A stretch of DNA of 64,000 bases from an uncultured bacterium (GTDB lineage: Bacteria; Verrucomicrobiota; Kiritimatiellia; CAIKKV01; CAITUY01): NCBI GenBank assembly GCA_903958395.1, contig CAJBSZ010000008.1:2394-66393 (forward strand), written 5' to 3'. Positions within the stretch are counted from its first letter, which is position 1; each line of letters starts with the position of its first letter. A model generated the notes under the pieces. That model was not told the DNA's origin. It saw only the letters and a list, made by a program, of their open reading frames with translations, and made no database searches. Made by a program: the position numbers and the translations under genes. Below, in pieces: positions 19,116-28,475 of the stretch.

Positions 19116-19907
19116 TTATTGAATCAGGCGGCGGCGCATGAGGCGCAGGGCCAGAGGGACCAGAAGCATCGTTGCCGCCAGAAGGTAGCCGCCCGACACC
19201 AGAACGTTCATCCATGAAACGGTTCCCAGGCACAGGTTTCGGGCGAGCGAGACGAGGTGTGTCAGAGGGAGTGCCCAGGCCACGCTTTGTGCCCAGTTGG
19301 GCAGATTCTCCAGTGGAAAGAAGGTGCCGCTGAAGAGATACATCGGCGTGATAAGCAGGAAGATCGGCAGGTTGAACATGTCGATGCTCTTCACGAATGC
19401 AGTGAAGAGCATGCCAATGGCGCCGAACAGCAGCCCCCCAAGGAAGGCGAGGGGTAGCAGGCCGAGGCCGGTCGGATAACGCACCAGACCGAAAAGGCTC
19501 AGGACAGTGGCCATGATCGTGGCGGCCATCAGGGATTTTGTCGCCCCCCACATGATCTCGCCGGCAATGATTTCATCCACCGAGAGCGGCGTGGCCCGGA
19601 TCGCATCATAGGTCTTCTGGTAATACATCCGGACGAACGACGAGAACGAGTTCTCCATGAACGCCGTGTACATGATGTTGGTCGCGATGATGGCCGGAGC
19701 CATGAACACCACATAGGTGAGCGTATGTCCTTCGTACTGGATTTCAGGAATGAGGATTCTGAAGCCGAACCCCAGCGAGGTGATGTAGAGGATCGGCTCC
19801 AGAAGCGGAGTCATGAATCCGATAAGCCAGGATTTGCGGGTGACCAGCCAGTCGCGCCGCCAGACCCGCAAGAGCCTCCAGGACAGTTGTGGCGCTGACT
19901 GGCTCAT
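19116..19907 (-). CDS. ABC-2 type transporter permease
   Basis: Six predicted TM segments with an ABC-2 family layout. Overlaps the upstream ATPase gene by 4 nt. Confidence 0.75.
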   Translation of the reverse strand: MSQSAPQLSWRLLRVWRRDWLVTRKSWLIGFMTPLLEPILYITSLGFGFRILIPEIQYEGHTLTYVVFMAPAIIATNIMYTAFMENSFSSFVRMYYQKTYDAIRATPLSVDEIIAGEIMWGATKSLMAATIMATVLSLFGLVRYPTGLGLLPLAFLGGLLFGAIGMLFTAFVKSIDMFNLPIFLLITPMYLFSGTFFPLENLPNWAQSVAWALPLTHLVSLARNLCLGTVSWMNVLVSGGYLLAATMLLVPLALRLMRRRLIQ

Positions 19908-20818
19908 TCGCGCAACTCCCGTCCGGTCAATTTCAGGAACACGTCTTCCAGCGTTCCCATGCGGAGGATGCAGTTGTCCTGGCAGTAGGTCTTTGTGATT
20001 TCGTGGTAAATGTTCTCGTCATCCTTGCAGTAGATCAGCATACGGTGTCCGAGGTCTTCGTGCTCGAGGCCGCGCTCAGTCACGAATCGGCGGAGCCCCT
20101 CGCAGACGGGACTGCTTTCAATGATCTGCTTGCCAACAAATTGGGCGACGAGATCGCGCGGCCTGCCCTCGACCAGGATTTTGCCGTGATCCACGATAAT
20201 GAGCCGGTCGCAGAGCTGGGCCGCTTCTTCCATGTAATGGGTAGTCAGGATAATGGTGACGCCCTGATTTTTGAGGCGGGCCAACTTCTCCCAGAGTTGA
20301 TGGCGGGTTTGCGGGTCGAGGCCGGTTGTGGGCTCGTCCAGGATCAGCAGGTCGGGTTCGTTGATCAGGGCGCGCGCGATGGCGAGCCGTCGCATCATGC
20401 CGCCGGAGAGTTCCCGCACACTCGCCTTTTCCCTGTTTTCCAGGCCGAAAAATTCCAACAGCCTGTTGGCTCGGTCCCGGGCGACGGCACGGGGAATACC
20501 AAAGAAACCGGCGAAGATTTCAAGGTTGTCCCGCACCGACATTTCTTCGTCCAGACTGTCTTCCTGGTGGCAAACGCCCAGGCGGGCGCGAACATCGCGC
20601 CACCCGGTGGTGATATCGTGCCCAAACACCCGGAGGGATCCCCCGCTGAGGGGGGAGAAGCCGTAGATCATGCGGATAGTCGAGGTTTTCCCGGCACCAT
20701 TGGGGCCGAGCAGGCCGAAAAGCTCGCCCCGTTTCACATCAAAAGAGATCCCGTCCACGGCGGTGAAGGTGCCGTAGCGTTTTTGAACCTCGCGGACTTC
20801 TATGACGTTGTCGCTCAT
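19904..20818 (-). CDS. ABC transporter ATP-binding protein
   Basis: Walker A GPNGAGKTST, signature LSGGMMRRLAIARAL and Walker B LLILDEPTTGLD. Confidence 0.9.
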   Translation of the reverse strand: MSDNVIEVREVQKRYGTFTAVDGISFDVKRGELFGLLGPNGAGKTSTIRMIYGFSPLSGGSLRVFGHDITTGWRDVRARLGVCHQEDSLDEEMSVRDNLEIFAGFFGIPRAVARDRANRLLEFFGLENREKASVRELSGGMMRRLAIARALINEPDLLILDEPTTGLDPQTRHQLWEKLARLKNQGVTIILTTHYMEEAAQLCDRLIIVDHGKILVEGRPRDLVAQFVGKQIIESSPVCEGLRRFVTERGLEHEDLGHRMLIYCKDDENIYHEITKTYCQDNCILRMGTLEDVFLKLTGRELRE

Positions 20819-20893
20819 GGGGGCGTAAATCAGCCGTTATTATTGGCATTGCGGTCTTGTGGGTCAAGCGGCGTTATGAGAAGAATGGCCGAT

Positions 20894-21169
20894 ATGAGGA
20901 GTATGAAAAAACGAAAACGGCCTCCGATGTGGCGGGAGATCGATATGCACGGCTTGCGGGTGGAGGAGATGTTGCCCCGTCTGGATCAGTTTTTGAGTGA
21001 TGCCATGCTGCAGGGGGTGCCGGAAGTCCGTATTATCCACGGACACGGCACCGGCGCGTTGCGCAAGGCCATTCACCAGCGCCTTTTAGTTCTTGGCATT
21101 CGCCAGTTCCGGCTTGGCGAACCCGGCCAGACCCCGGGCGGTGACGGTGTGACGATAGTATCGTTGTAA
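20894..21169 (+). CDS. Small Smr-domain protein (91 aa)
   Basis: IDMHGLRVEEMLPRLDQFLSDAMLQGVPEVRIIHGHGTGALRKAIHQRL...GEPGQTPGGDGVTIVSL, which is the Smr domain pattern. It lies at the 3' end of a long + shadow ORF opposite the ABC genes. Confidence 0.7.
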   Translation: MRSMKKRKRPPMWREIDMHGLRVEEMLPRLDQFLSDAMLQGVPEVRIIHGHGTGALRKAIHQRLLVLGIRQFRLGEPGQTPGGDGVTIVSL

Positions 21170-21227
21170 GAGCTGTTTTGAGCCCTGAGGCTCAAGATCA
21201 TAGTTACATGACGGCACTAAGTTCAAA

Positions 21228-21302
21228 ATGGAGGCGCGGATCGGATTCGAACCGATGTACGAGGTTTTGCAGACCCCTGCCTGGCCACTTGGCTACCGCG
21301 CC
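21228..21302 (-). tRNA. tRNA-Cys (anticodon GCA)
   Basis: The reverse complement reads GGGCGCGGTAGCCAAGTGGCCAGGCAGGGGTCTGCAAAACCTCGTACATCGGTTCGAATCCGATCCGCGCCTCCA. It has a 7-bp acceptor stem, a CU-GCA-AA anticodon loop, a T-loop GGTTCGAATCC and an encoded CCA. Coordinates are +/-1. Confidence 0.85.
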
Positions 21303-21304
21303 CT

Positions 21305-21338
21305 GTAAAAAATAATAACCGCCGCACGAGGGCGGCGG
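21305..21338 (-). terminator. Rho-independent terminator-like hairpin (ccgccgc-acgagg-gcggcgg) followed on the - strand by a U-rich tract
   Basis: A 7-bp GC stem is followed immediately, in the - orientation, by TTATTATTTTTT. It lies between the small basic ORF and tRNA-Cys. Confidence 0.4.
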
Positions 21339-21358
21339 CAAACTGATTTTACGCAGTT

Positions 21359-21481
21359 TTACTTCTTCGTCTTCGCCTTGACCGCATTCTTTTTGACGAC
21401 CGCTTTGGCAGTGTCAATTTTGCGCTGAATCTGACGAGTACGACGTTTCCGTTTGGCTCTTGCTCTAAGTTGTTGTCCCAT
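21359..21481 (-). CDS. Candidate small basic protein (40 aa, MGQQLRARAKRKRRTRQIQRKIDTAKAVVKKNAVKAKTKK)
   Basis: Discrete ATG and TAA stop, with a terminator hairpin immediately downstream. A possible TTGACG-N17-ATATTT promoter sits close to the ATG, implying a very short leader. No SD and no family recognised. Confidence 0.3.
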   Translation of the reverse strand: MGQQLRARAKRKRRTRQIQRKIDTAKAVVKKNAVKAKTKK

Positions 21482-21562
21482 AATGGGGGGGGTAAATATC
21501 AAAACCAGACCCCCTTCGTCAAGGGTTGATATTCCCCTGTTTTTCCTATTAACTTCGTCCCA

Positions 21563-22396
21563 ATGGATCAGACCCCCTATAAAGTCATGCGTTCCTGCGG
21601 TGAGTGTTGCACGCGGCTGGTGGATTTTGGCGTTACGCTGCGCGGGTCCCGTGTATTGGAGCAGATCCGGTTGCACATGCATTGCGGGGAGCTGACCGCC
21701 CTGATCGGGCCCAATGGCGCGGGGAAGACGACGCTGCTTCGGGCAATGGTAGGGGAATTGCCCCACACCGGCTCCCTGCGCTTTATCCATCACGGTAATA
21801 TTGAGACCACGAAGCCCCTGCGGATCGGGTATGTGCCTCAGAAATTGGAGTTGGATCGAACTTCGCCGACCACGGTGATGGATTTGTTCGCGGGCGCCTT
21901 GACCCGGTGGCCGCTTTGGGTGGGAACCCGCAAGGCAGTGGCCTGCGAGGCACAAGCGAAACTGGAATTGGTCGGAGCGGAAGCTCTTCTGGATCGCCGT
22001 ATTTCGGAGATTTCGGTGGGACAGCTCCAGCGGGTGCTCCTGGCGCTGGCGCTCACTCCGGTGCCGGAACTGCTCCTGCTGGATGAGCCCGTCGCGGCGC
22101 TTGATCAGGGCGGCATGGAACGGTTCTATCAGACCGTATCCAAAATGCGGACGGAATATGATCTATCGATTCTCCTGGTGTCCCATGACCTAACGGCGGC
22201 GGCCCAGTTTTCAGACCGGATGATCCTGCTGAACCGGACGGTGTTGTGTGAGGGTGCTCCGAAGGAGGTTCTATTGAATCCCCTGATCCGACAGACCTTT
22301 GGATTCGGGTTTACCGAGCAGGAGATAGACGGGCGGCGTCCCCTGTTCAAGCAACTTGAGCACGAGCAGTGCGTCCTGCAGACGGGGGAGACATGA
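21563..22396 (+). CDS. ABC transporter ATP-binding protein, metal (Zn/Mn) uptake ZnuC-like
   Basis: Walker A GPNGAGKTTLLRAM, LSGGQLQRVLLALAL and LLLLDEP. ATGA overlap with the downstream ABC-3 permease gene. Confidence 0.8.
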   Translation: MDQTPYKVMRSCGECCTRLVDFGVTLRGSRVLEQIRLHMHCGELTALIGPNGAGKTTLLRAMVGELPHTGSLRFIHHGNIETTKPLRIGYVPQKLELDRTSPTTVMDLFAGALTRWPLWVGTRKAVACEAQAKLELVGAEALLDRRISEISVGQLQRVLLALALTPVPELLLLDEPVAALDQGGMERFYQTVSKMRTEYDLSILLVSHDLTAAAQFSDRMILLNRTVLCEGAPKEVLLNPLIRQTFGFGFTEQEIDGRRPLFKQLEHEQCVLQTGET

Positions 22397-23226
22397 TGAG
22401 CCTCTGGCATACCTTGCTCCTGAATCTTCCTTTTGAATGGGCGCAGTATGACTTCATGCACAATGCGCTTCTGGCGGTGCTGCTGGTCTCGCCCTTGCTG
22501 GCTCTGCTTGGCTGTCTGGTGATCAACAACCAGATGGCGTTTTTTTCCGAAGCGATGGGTCACTCCGCCTTGACCGGTCTTGCGCTGGGGGCGTTGCTCG
22601 GGATTGCCGATCCCACGGCGACCATTGTGGGCTTTGCGGTGGTGCTGGCGGTGGCGATGGTGTTGATGCGCCGCACCAGCGCCGTTCCGCCCGATACGAG
22701 CATTGCCCTGGTCATGTCGTTCGTGGTGGCGTTAGGCGTGGTGTTATTGTCGCGCGGCGGCGGGTTTGCCCGGTATTCGCGATATTTGATTGGCGACATC
22801 CTCACCATTACCCCCAGTGAGCTGGGCATCCTGGCCGTGGTCTCGGGCGGGGTGGCGGTGATGTGGGTATTTTTGTTCAATGCCCTGTTCTTTGTGAGTC
22901 TGAACCGGTCTTTGGCAGCCAGTCGCGGATTTCCGGCGGGGGTATTGGAGGCGGTGTTTTCGGTACTGGTGGCCGTTGTCGTCTCGGTGAGCATTCCGTG
23001 GGTGGGGCTCCTGGTGATCAATTCCATGCTCATTCTGCCGGCGGCCACCGCGCGGAATCTGGCGCGCAACACCCGCGGGTATGTACTCGGCGCGGTGGCG
23101 GTCAGTTTTCTTTCCGGAGTGACTGGCCTGGTCTGCTCCTACTATTGGAACACCGCGACCGGCGCAACCATTGTCCTCTGGGCCTGCGGATTCTTTGCCC
23201 TCTCCCTGGCGGTGCGGAGGCGGTAG
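22393..23226 (+). CDS. ABC-3 family metal transporter permease (ZnuB-like)
   Basis: Multi-TM layout. The FFSEAMGHSALTGLALG segment resembles the ZnuB/MntB family. No substrate-binding protein gene is nearby. Confidence 0.8.
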   Translation: MMSLWHTLLLNLPFEWAQYDFMHNALLAVLLVSPLLALLGCLVINNQMAFFSEAMGHSALTGLALGALLGIADPTATIVGFAVVLAVAMVLMRRTSAVPPDTSIALVMSFVVALGVVLLSRGGGFARYSRYLIGDILTITPSELGILAVVSGGVAVMWVFLFNALFFVSLNRSLAASRGFPAGVLEAVFSVLVAVVVSVSIPWVGLLVINSMLILPAATARNLARNTRGYVLGAVAVSFLSGVTGLVCSYYWNTATGATIVLWACGFFALSLAVRRR

Positions 23227-23277
23227 CGGAAAACTGCGGCGTTGACGCCGGGCGGTGGGATTGCCAGTATTCCGGCC

Positions 23278-24018
23278 ATGACAGAGCCCCATGAAATTCT
23301 GGACATTCAGCAGCAGTTGGTGAACAGCGAGGCTTCACCGATGCGGAAGTACCTTGCGCTGGTGATCGGGCGGGGAAGCTGGCTTTCGTTGCTCAAGTAC
23401 GAGGTCATCATTCTTCTCTGCTCAACCGTTCCGGGTGCGCTGGGATTGGCCTTGCGCAAAGTTCTCTATCCCCGGCTGCTCGGTAGGTGCGGGCGGAATG
23501 TGGTGTTCGGAGCGAATGTGGTCCTGCGCCACCCGAAAAAAATCGTCATCGGCGACAACGTGGTCATTGACGATAACTGTCTGCTCGACGCGAAGGGTGA
23601 GTCCAATGCCGGGATCACGATCGGGTCCGGGGTCTTCATCGGGCGCAATACAATTCTCCACTGCAAGAATGGCGATATCCTCATCGGTGATGATGTGAAT
23701 ATCGGGTTCAACTGCGACATCGCTTCCTCTCACAAGGTTGAGATCGGCAGGAAAACCCTGATTGCCGCCTATAGTTACATTGTCGGGGGTGGGCATGACT
23801 TCTCAAAGACCGATGCTTCGGTTATGGATCAGAAGCGGATCGCCAAGGGGATTGCCATCGGCGCCGAGGTCTGGATCGGCGCCGGGGTGATTGTCCAGGA
23901 TGGTTGCACCATCGGCGAAAGCACCATCGTGGGTGCCGGTGCTGTGGTGAATGCCGATCTGCCCGCCAAAGTCATCGCCGTCGGCCTTCCCGCCCGAGTC
24001 CTGCGAAGCCGGGAGTAG
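23278..24018 (+). CDS. Hexapeptide-repeat (LbH) acetyltransferase with N-terminal TM region
   Basis: VIGDNVVIDDNCLLDA...ITIGSGVFIGRNTIL...ILIGDDVNIGFNCDI...VWIGAGVIVQDGCTIGESTIVGAGAVV are left-handed beta-helix repeats. Start chosen at MTEPHEILD. Confidence 0.65.
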   Translation: MTEPHEILDIQQQLVNSEASPMRKYLALVIGRGSWLSLLKYEVIILLCSTVPGALGLALRKVLYPRLLGRCGRNVVFGANVVLRHPKKIVIGDNVVIDDNCLLDAKGESNAGITIGSGVFIGRNTILHCKNGDILIGDDVNIGFNCDIASSHKVEIGRKTLIAAYSYIVGGGHDFSKTDASVMDQKRIAKGIAIGAEVWIGAGVIVQDGCTIGESTIVGAGAVVNADLPAKVIAVGLPARVLRSRE

Positions 24019-24020
24019 CC

Positions 24021-25475
24021 TCAATACGTTCGTCCCAGTTTCGTGCGGATCTTATAGAGCATGATGCCCCACAGGTAGACGAAGAAGCCGATTTCGCCGC
24101 TGCTCATCTTCAGGCGGAAGATGTGGGTGTATCCCTTAAAGCCTCGATAGATCAGATTGAAAAAGATATTGCCCGGCCACTTGATCAACCGGCGTGAGAG
24201 TGGGATCAGGGAGGGGAACTCGATGCACAGCGAGAAGAATTTGTGCAGGTTCTCAAATTCGCGCTTGGTCTCGCCCTTGTTGATGGGGGATTCCACCTGG
24301 TAGGATGCATGTTGCTTGTGTGACGGGTCGAGATAGCCCTTCTCGATGCAGTAGTGGTAAAGCTCGGTGCGCGGATAGGGCTGGAAAATGGAGGCCCAGG
24401 CATAGGCTGGCTTGACCCGGGTATTGACCTGGATGGTCTCATACGCATTCTCAATCGTCTCGTCGGGCAGACCCACCATGTTCTGGGTCATGATCGCGAT
24501 GCCGTACTTGTGGAACAGATCGGCCGCCTCAATGATCTTGGCGTTGGTCATGTCGCGCTTCAGCACCAGCTTCCGGAGTTCCTCGTTTCCGCTTTCGACG
24601 CCCATGGCGATGGTGACGCAGTTGGCCTTCTTGAGCGACTGAACCACTTCCTCGTTCACCAGATTGGCGCGGACATAGCAGATCATGGGCAGGCCAACGC
24701 GCTTGCTGTACACTTCGGCAAATTGTTTGAGCCAGACCCGGTTCATGATGAAGAGGTCGTCGTTGAAATAGACAATCTTGAGGGGGTAGTGCTTGCGAAC
24801 CTCCTCCAGTTCCTGAACCACATTCTCCACGCTGCGCAGGCGGCAATACTGGGTCTCGCCAGCCTCTTCCCGGTACATCTTCTTCAGCTTTCGGTTGAAG
24901 CAGTAAGTGCAGTCGTAGGGGCAGCCGCGGCCGGCCAGGAAATGCTTCACACTGCTGTGGGCGTAGGCATAGTACTTCAGGAACGAGGCCCGGTCGGGGA
25001 AGGGTAGGCTGTCCAGGTCATGGATCAGCGGGACGATCGGGTTCTTGACGACCTGTCCGTCCTTTTTGACCCAGAGATTCGGGATGGTGGAAATATCGCC
25101 GCCGGCCTGGAGCGTGTCGAGCAGTGTGACGATAGCGTCATCGCCTTCCCCCCGGCAGATGATGTCCACTTCCGGTTCATCAATAATTTCAGGAAAGAAG
25201 GTCGGGTGCGGGCCACCGAGGATCGAGATGAAATTCGTGTGTTTTCGAAGGCGGCGGATCAGTTCCAGGTAATACGGTTCGGCGCCGCTGGTCACGGAGA
25301 AGCCGATGACATCGGGCTTGAAGTCGGTCACGGCCTTGAAAAGATTAGGCTCCAGGTTGGTCAGGAAAAGGTCCGATTCGTGCCCATGTTTCTTGACATT
25401 GGCAATCAGGCACATGATCCCCATGGGATCCGTGATGTCGAGCGAGGCCGTTTTATAGACAAACAAACACTTCAT
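24021..25475 (-). CDS. B12-binding domain radical SAM enzyme
   Basis: N-terminal B12-binding Rossmann-like region. CxxxCxxC cluster GRGCPYDCTYCFN. 484 aa. Confidence 0.8.
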   Translation of the reverse strand: MKCLFVYKTASLDITDPMGIMCLIANVKKHGHESDLFLTNLEPNLFKAVTDFKPDVIGFSVTSGAEPYYLELIRRLRKHTNFISILGGPHPTFFPEIIDEPEVDIICRGEGDDAIVTLLDTLQAGGDISTIPNLWVKKDGQVVKNPIVPLIHDLDSLPFPDRASFLKYYAYAHSSVKHFLAGRGCPYDCTYCFNRKLKKMYREEAGETQYCRLRSVENVVQELEEVRKHYPLKIVYFNDDLFIMNRVWLKQFAEVYSKRVGLPMICYVRANLVNEEVVQSLKKANCVTIAMGVESGNEELRKLVLKRDMTNAKIIEAADLFHKYGIAIMTQNMVGLPDETIENAYETIQVNTRVKPAYAWASIFQPYPRTELYHYCIEKGYLDPSHKQHASYQVESPINKGETKREFENLHKFFSLCIEFPSLIPLSRRLIKWPGNIFFNLIYRGFKGYTHIFRLKMSSGEIGFFVYLWGIMLYKIRTKLGRTY

Positions 25476-25543
25476 TGGTATAAGCCCATTTGATTTCCGT
25501 GAATGTTTGACGATAGCGATTCTGGATTACGGCAACAAGAGAA

Positions 25544-26695
25544 ATGAACACAATCACCATTCTTCATCTGTGTGAACACTTTGGCGACAAGCAGGTCTCC
25601 TTTCACGGGGTGTCGCGTCTGTTTGAGCTATGGATTCCCGCGTTTGATAAAAATCGGTTCCGGGTTCTGCTGTGCAGTCGCAAGGGGCCCAGTGAGTTGG
25701 CCGACCAGCGTTTAAAGGCGGCGGGCATCGCGCCCCTCTATCTCGGCTATGGCAAGATGGATCCCCGGAACCTGTTTAAACTCATCACCCTGATGCGGCA
25801 CGAGAAGGTGGATGTGCTCCACGCCCACGGTTACGGCGCCTGCACTTGGGGGCGCATCGCCGGAATTTTGTTAGGCACGCCGGTCATCGTCCATGAGCAT
25901 TGCAACTACGGGACGGTGCCCGCCTTCCAGCGTCCCGTGGAGTGGGTGCTGGGGCACTTTACCCGCCATGCTTATGCGGTCTCGGAATCCACGCGGAAGT
26001 TCACCATCGAGAAGCGGTATATCCCGGCGGCGCGGGTGGAGACGCTGTACAGCGGGATTCCGCTCGACCAGATCCATAAGGCTGAGCCCGGTTGGGTTGA
26101 ATCATTCCGTCAGGAGCAAGGGCGTCAGCCGGCGGATAAAATTCTCGGCGTGGTCGGGCGGTTGGAAAGCCACAAGGGGCACCTCGACGCCTTCAAGGCG
26201 CTTCAGTTGATCCTGAAAGAGCGGTCTGATGTTTATCTCTGGGTTCTGGGCAATGGCCGGTACGAGGAGACGCTGCGACAGTGGGTCGCGGACAACGCCC
26301 TGACCGACCGGATCACCTTTCTCGGGTATCGTTCCGACGTGGTCAAGGTGATCCAGTGCTTGGACGTTCAACTATTCCCAAGCCATCAGGAAGGTACACC
26401 CAGCACTCTTTTCGAGGGCATGGCGGTGGGGAATGTCTGTGTCGCGTCCACGGCTGACGGGCAGGGAGAAATTTTGCGAGACGGAGAGGATGCCCTGTTG
26501 TTTGAGCCCGGTGATGTTGCGGCGCTGGCCCGCCTGACACTCAAGGTTCTGGCTGATCCCTATCAGGCCCGCCGCCTGCGACTGGGCGCCCTTTCCCGGA
26601 TCAAGAATTTCGACATGAAACGGTGTCTTGAAGTCATGGAGCGGAAGTACGAGGGCTTGACCTCCACGCCGCCTTCTAGCACGGTGGTACCATGA
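25544..26695 (+). CDS. Glycosyltransferase family 4 (GT-B, RfaG-like)
   Basis: C-terminal EX7E-type motif region SHQEGTPSTLFEGMAVGNVCVAS and GT1/GT4 architecture. Confidence 0.8.
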   Translation: MNTITILHLCEHFGDKQVSFHGVSRLFELWIPAFDKNRFRVLLCSRKGPSELADQRLKAAGIAPLYLGYGKMDPRNLFKLITLMRHEKVDVLHAHGYGACTWGRIAGILLGTPVIVHEHCNYGTVPAFQRPVEWVLGHFTRHAYAVSESTRKFTIEKRYIPAARVETLYSGIPLDQIHKAEPGWVESFRQEQGRQPADKILGVVGRLESHKGHLDAFKALQLILKERSDVYLWVLGNGRYEETLRQWVADNALTDRITFLGYRSDVVKVIQCLDVQLFPSHQEGTPSTLFEGMAVGNVCVASTADGQGEILRDGEDALLFEPGDVAALARLTLKVLADPYQARRLRLGALSRIKNFDMKRCLEVMERKYEGLTSTPPSSTVVP

Positions 26696-28473
26696 ACAGC
26701 CTTCTTCATGATGAGGCGCAAGAAACACAACCCGGCACTGTTCATGTCACCTCGTATGCGCTCCTTCTAATTTTTGTTCTTCTGGCGGCGGGCATCATCA
26801 CGCTGAGCTATCTCTACTATCAGTCTTTCAAGGCGAATTATCGCAGGGAATACGAGAAACAGCTTTCGGCGATTGCCGAGCTTAAGGTCAGTGAATTGAC
26901 GCAGTGGCGCACCGAACGTTGGGGAGACGCCGCCATCCTCTTGAATAACGCGGCCTTCTCGTCCTTGGTGCGGCGTTACTTTGAAAATCCGGAAGCGCCG
27001 GAAGCTTCGGAACAACTCAGGGAGTGGCTCGGAAAATACCAGACCGTGTTTCAGTACGACCAGATTGTCCTTTTGGATGCGCGCGGGATCCTGCGGATGA
27101 CAATTCCCGCGAACCTGACGAACCTGACGTCTGTTATTTCACAGCGCCTTCCTGAGGTTCTTCAGTCGGATCAGGTGACGTTTCAGGACTTCTATCGGGA
27201 CGAAACCGATCACGGCGTCTATCTGGCTATTCTTATTCCCATTTTGCAGGGACTAGGCTCCAATCGACTGCTGGGTGCGCTGGTTTTCCGGATTAATCCG
27301 GAAACCTACCTGTATCCCTTCATTAAGCGGTGGCCGACCCCCAGTTTGACGGCCGAGACCCTGCTGGTTCGTAGGGATGGCAACGAGGCTGTTTTCCTGA
27401 ACGAACTCCGGTTTGCGACGAATACCGCATTGAATCTGCGCATGCCTTTGGATCGTGTCACATTACCCGGAGCTCAGGCCGCTCTGGGTCGAGAGGGAAT
27501 CATGGAGGGCGTTGATTACCGGGGCGTTCCGGTGGTGGCGGCCCTGCGCACCATTCCGGATTCGCCGTGGTCGCTGGTCGCCCGAGTCAACACTGCGGAA
27601 GTGTATGTGGCGGTTCAAGAGCGGCGCTGGCTCGTGATCGGCATGATGACGGTTTTATTGTTCAGCGCGGGGGCCTGTGTGGGCTTGATCTGGCGGCAGC
27701 AGCGGGTTCGGTTCTACCGGGAGCGGGCGAAGTTGTCGACGGAGCTTGCGCAAAGTGCGAAGGAGCTTCAGGAGAAGAATGCCGAACTGGAACGATTCCT
27801 CTATACGGCCTCCCACGACCTGAAGAGTCCTGTTGTGACTGTCAGAACCTTTCTGGGCTATCTGGGGAAAGACATTGCCTCGGGTGATACCGGGCGGATC
27901 GAGAAAGACATACAATTCATCCGCTCTGCCACGGACACCATGGCCCGGCTTCTGGATGATCTGCTGGATATTTCACGCGTCGGCCGCGTTGTCCTTTTGC
28001 CGGTGCGCGTCACCTTGCAGGGGTTGGTGGATGATGCCCTTGGCGCCGTGGCGGGCCGTCTTGCCTCACAAGGGGTGGCCCTGACAGTGAACGATCCGGG
28101 AGTGATGGTGTTTGGGGATCGGATCCGGCTGGCGGAGCTCTTTCAGAATCTGATCGATAATGCCGTCAAGTTCATGGGCGACCAGAAAGAGCCGCGCATT
28201 GAGGTTGGCGTTGAGGGACGGGGTGAGGAAACCGTGTTTTTTGTGCGCGATAACGGCAGCGGCATTGATCCGCGTTATCATGAGAAGGTGTTTGGTCTGT
28301 TTGAGAAACTCGATCCCCGGGCCGGTGGAACCGGTATGGGTTTGGCCCTCGTCAAGCGGATCGTGGAGTTGTATGGTGGCCGAATTTGGGTGGAATCGAA
28401 GGGAACGGGGCAGGGCGCGTGTTTCTATTTCACATTGCCCGCAGCGGTTGAAAGTGTAAGAAAGGGAGCATGA
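26692..28473 (+). CDS. Sensor histidine kinase with large periplasmic sensor domain between two TM helices
   Basis: TM1 at about aa 22-42, a periplasmic domain of about 260 aa, then TM2. HisKA box LERFLYTASHDLKSPVVTV. HATPase with the G-boxes GTGMGLALV. Confidence 0.8.
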   Translation: MNSLLHDEAQETQPGTVHVTSYALLLIFVLLAAGIITLSYLYYQSFKANYRREYEKQLSAIAELKVSELTQWRTERWGDAAILLNNAAFSSLVRRYFENPEAPEASEQLREWLGKYQTVFQYDQIVLLDARGILRMTIPANLTNLTSVISQRLPEVLQSDQVTFQDFYRDETDHGVYLAILIPILQGLGSNRLLGALVFRINPETYLYPFIKRWPTPSLTAETLLVRRDGNEAVFLNELRFATNTALNLRMPLDRVTLPGAQAALGREGIMEGVDYRGVPVVAALRTIPDSPWSLVARVNTAEVYVAVQERRWLVIGMMTVLLFSAGACVGLIWRQQRVRFYRERAKLSTELAQSAKELQEKNAELERFLYTASHDLKSPVVTVRTFLGYLGKDIASGDTGRIEKDIQFIRSATDTMARLLDDLLDISRVGRVVLLPVRVTLQGLVDDALGAVAGRLASQGVALTVNDPGVMVFGDRIRLAELFQNLIDNAVKFMGDQKEPRIEVGVEGRGEETVFFVRDNGSGIDPRYHEKVFGLFEKLDPRAGGTGMGLALVKRIVELYGGRIWVESKGTGQGACFYFTLPAAVESVRKGA

Positions 28474-28475
28474 TT

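Noticed and set aside
19889-20893. N-terminal 335 aa of the long + ORF 19889..21169
   Set aside because: It is antisense to two bona fide ABC transporter genes (Walker A/B and signature motif on the - strand). Only the last 91 codons (the Smr domain) look genuine.
21482-21562. Possible Zur/Fur box in the znuC upstream region
   Set aside because: I could not identify a convincing 19-bp palindrome by eye. It is left uncalled.
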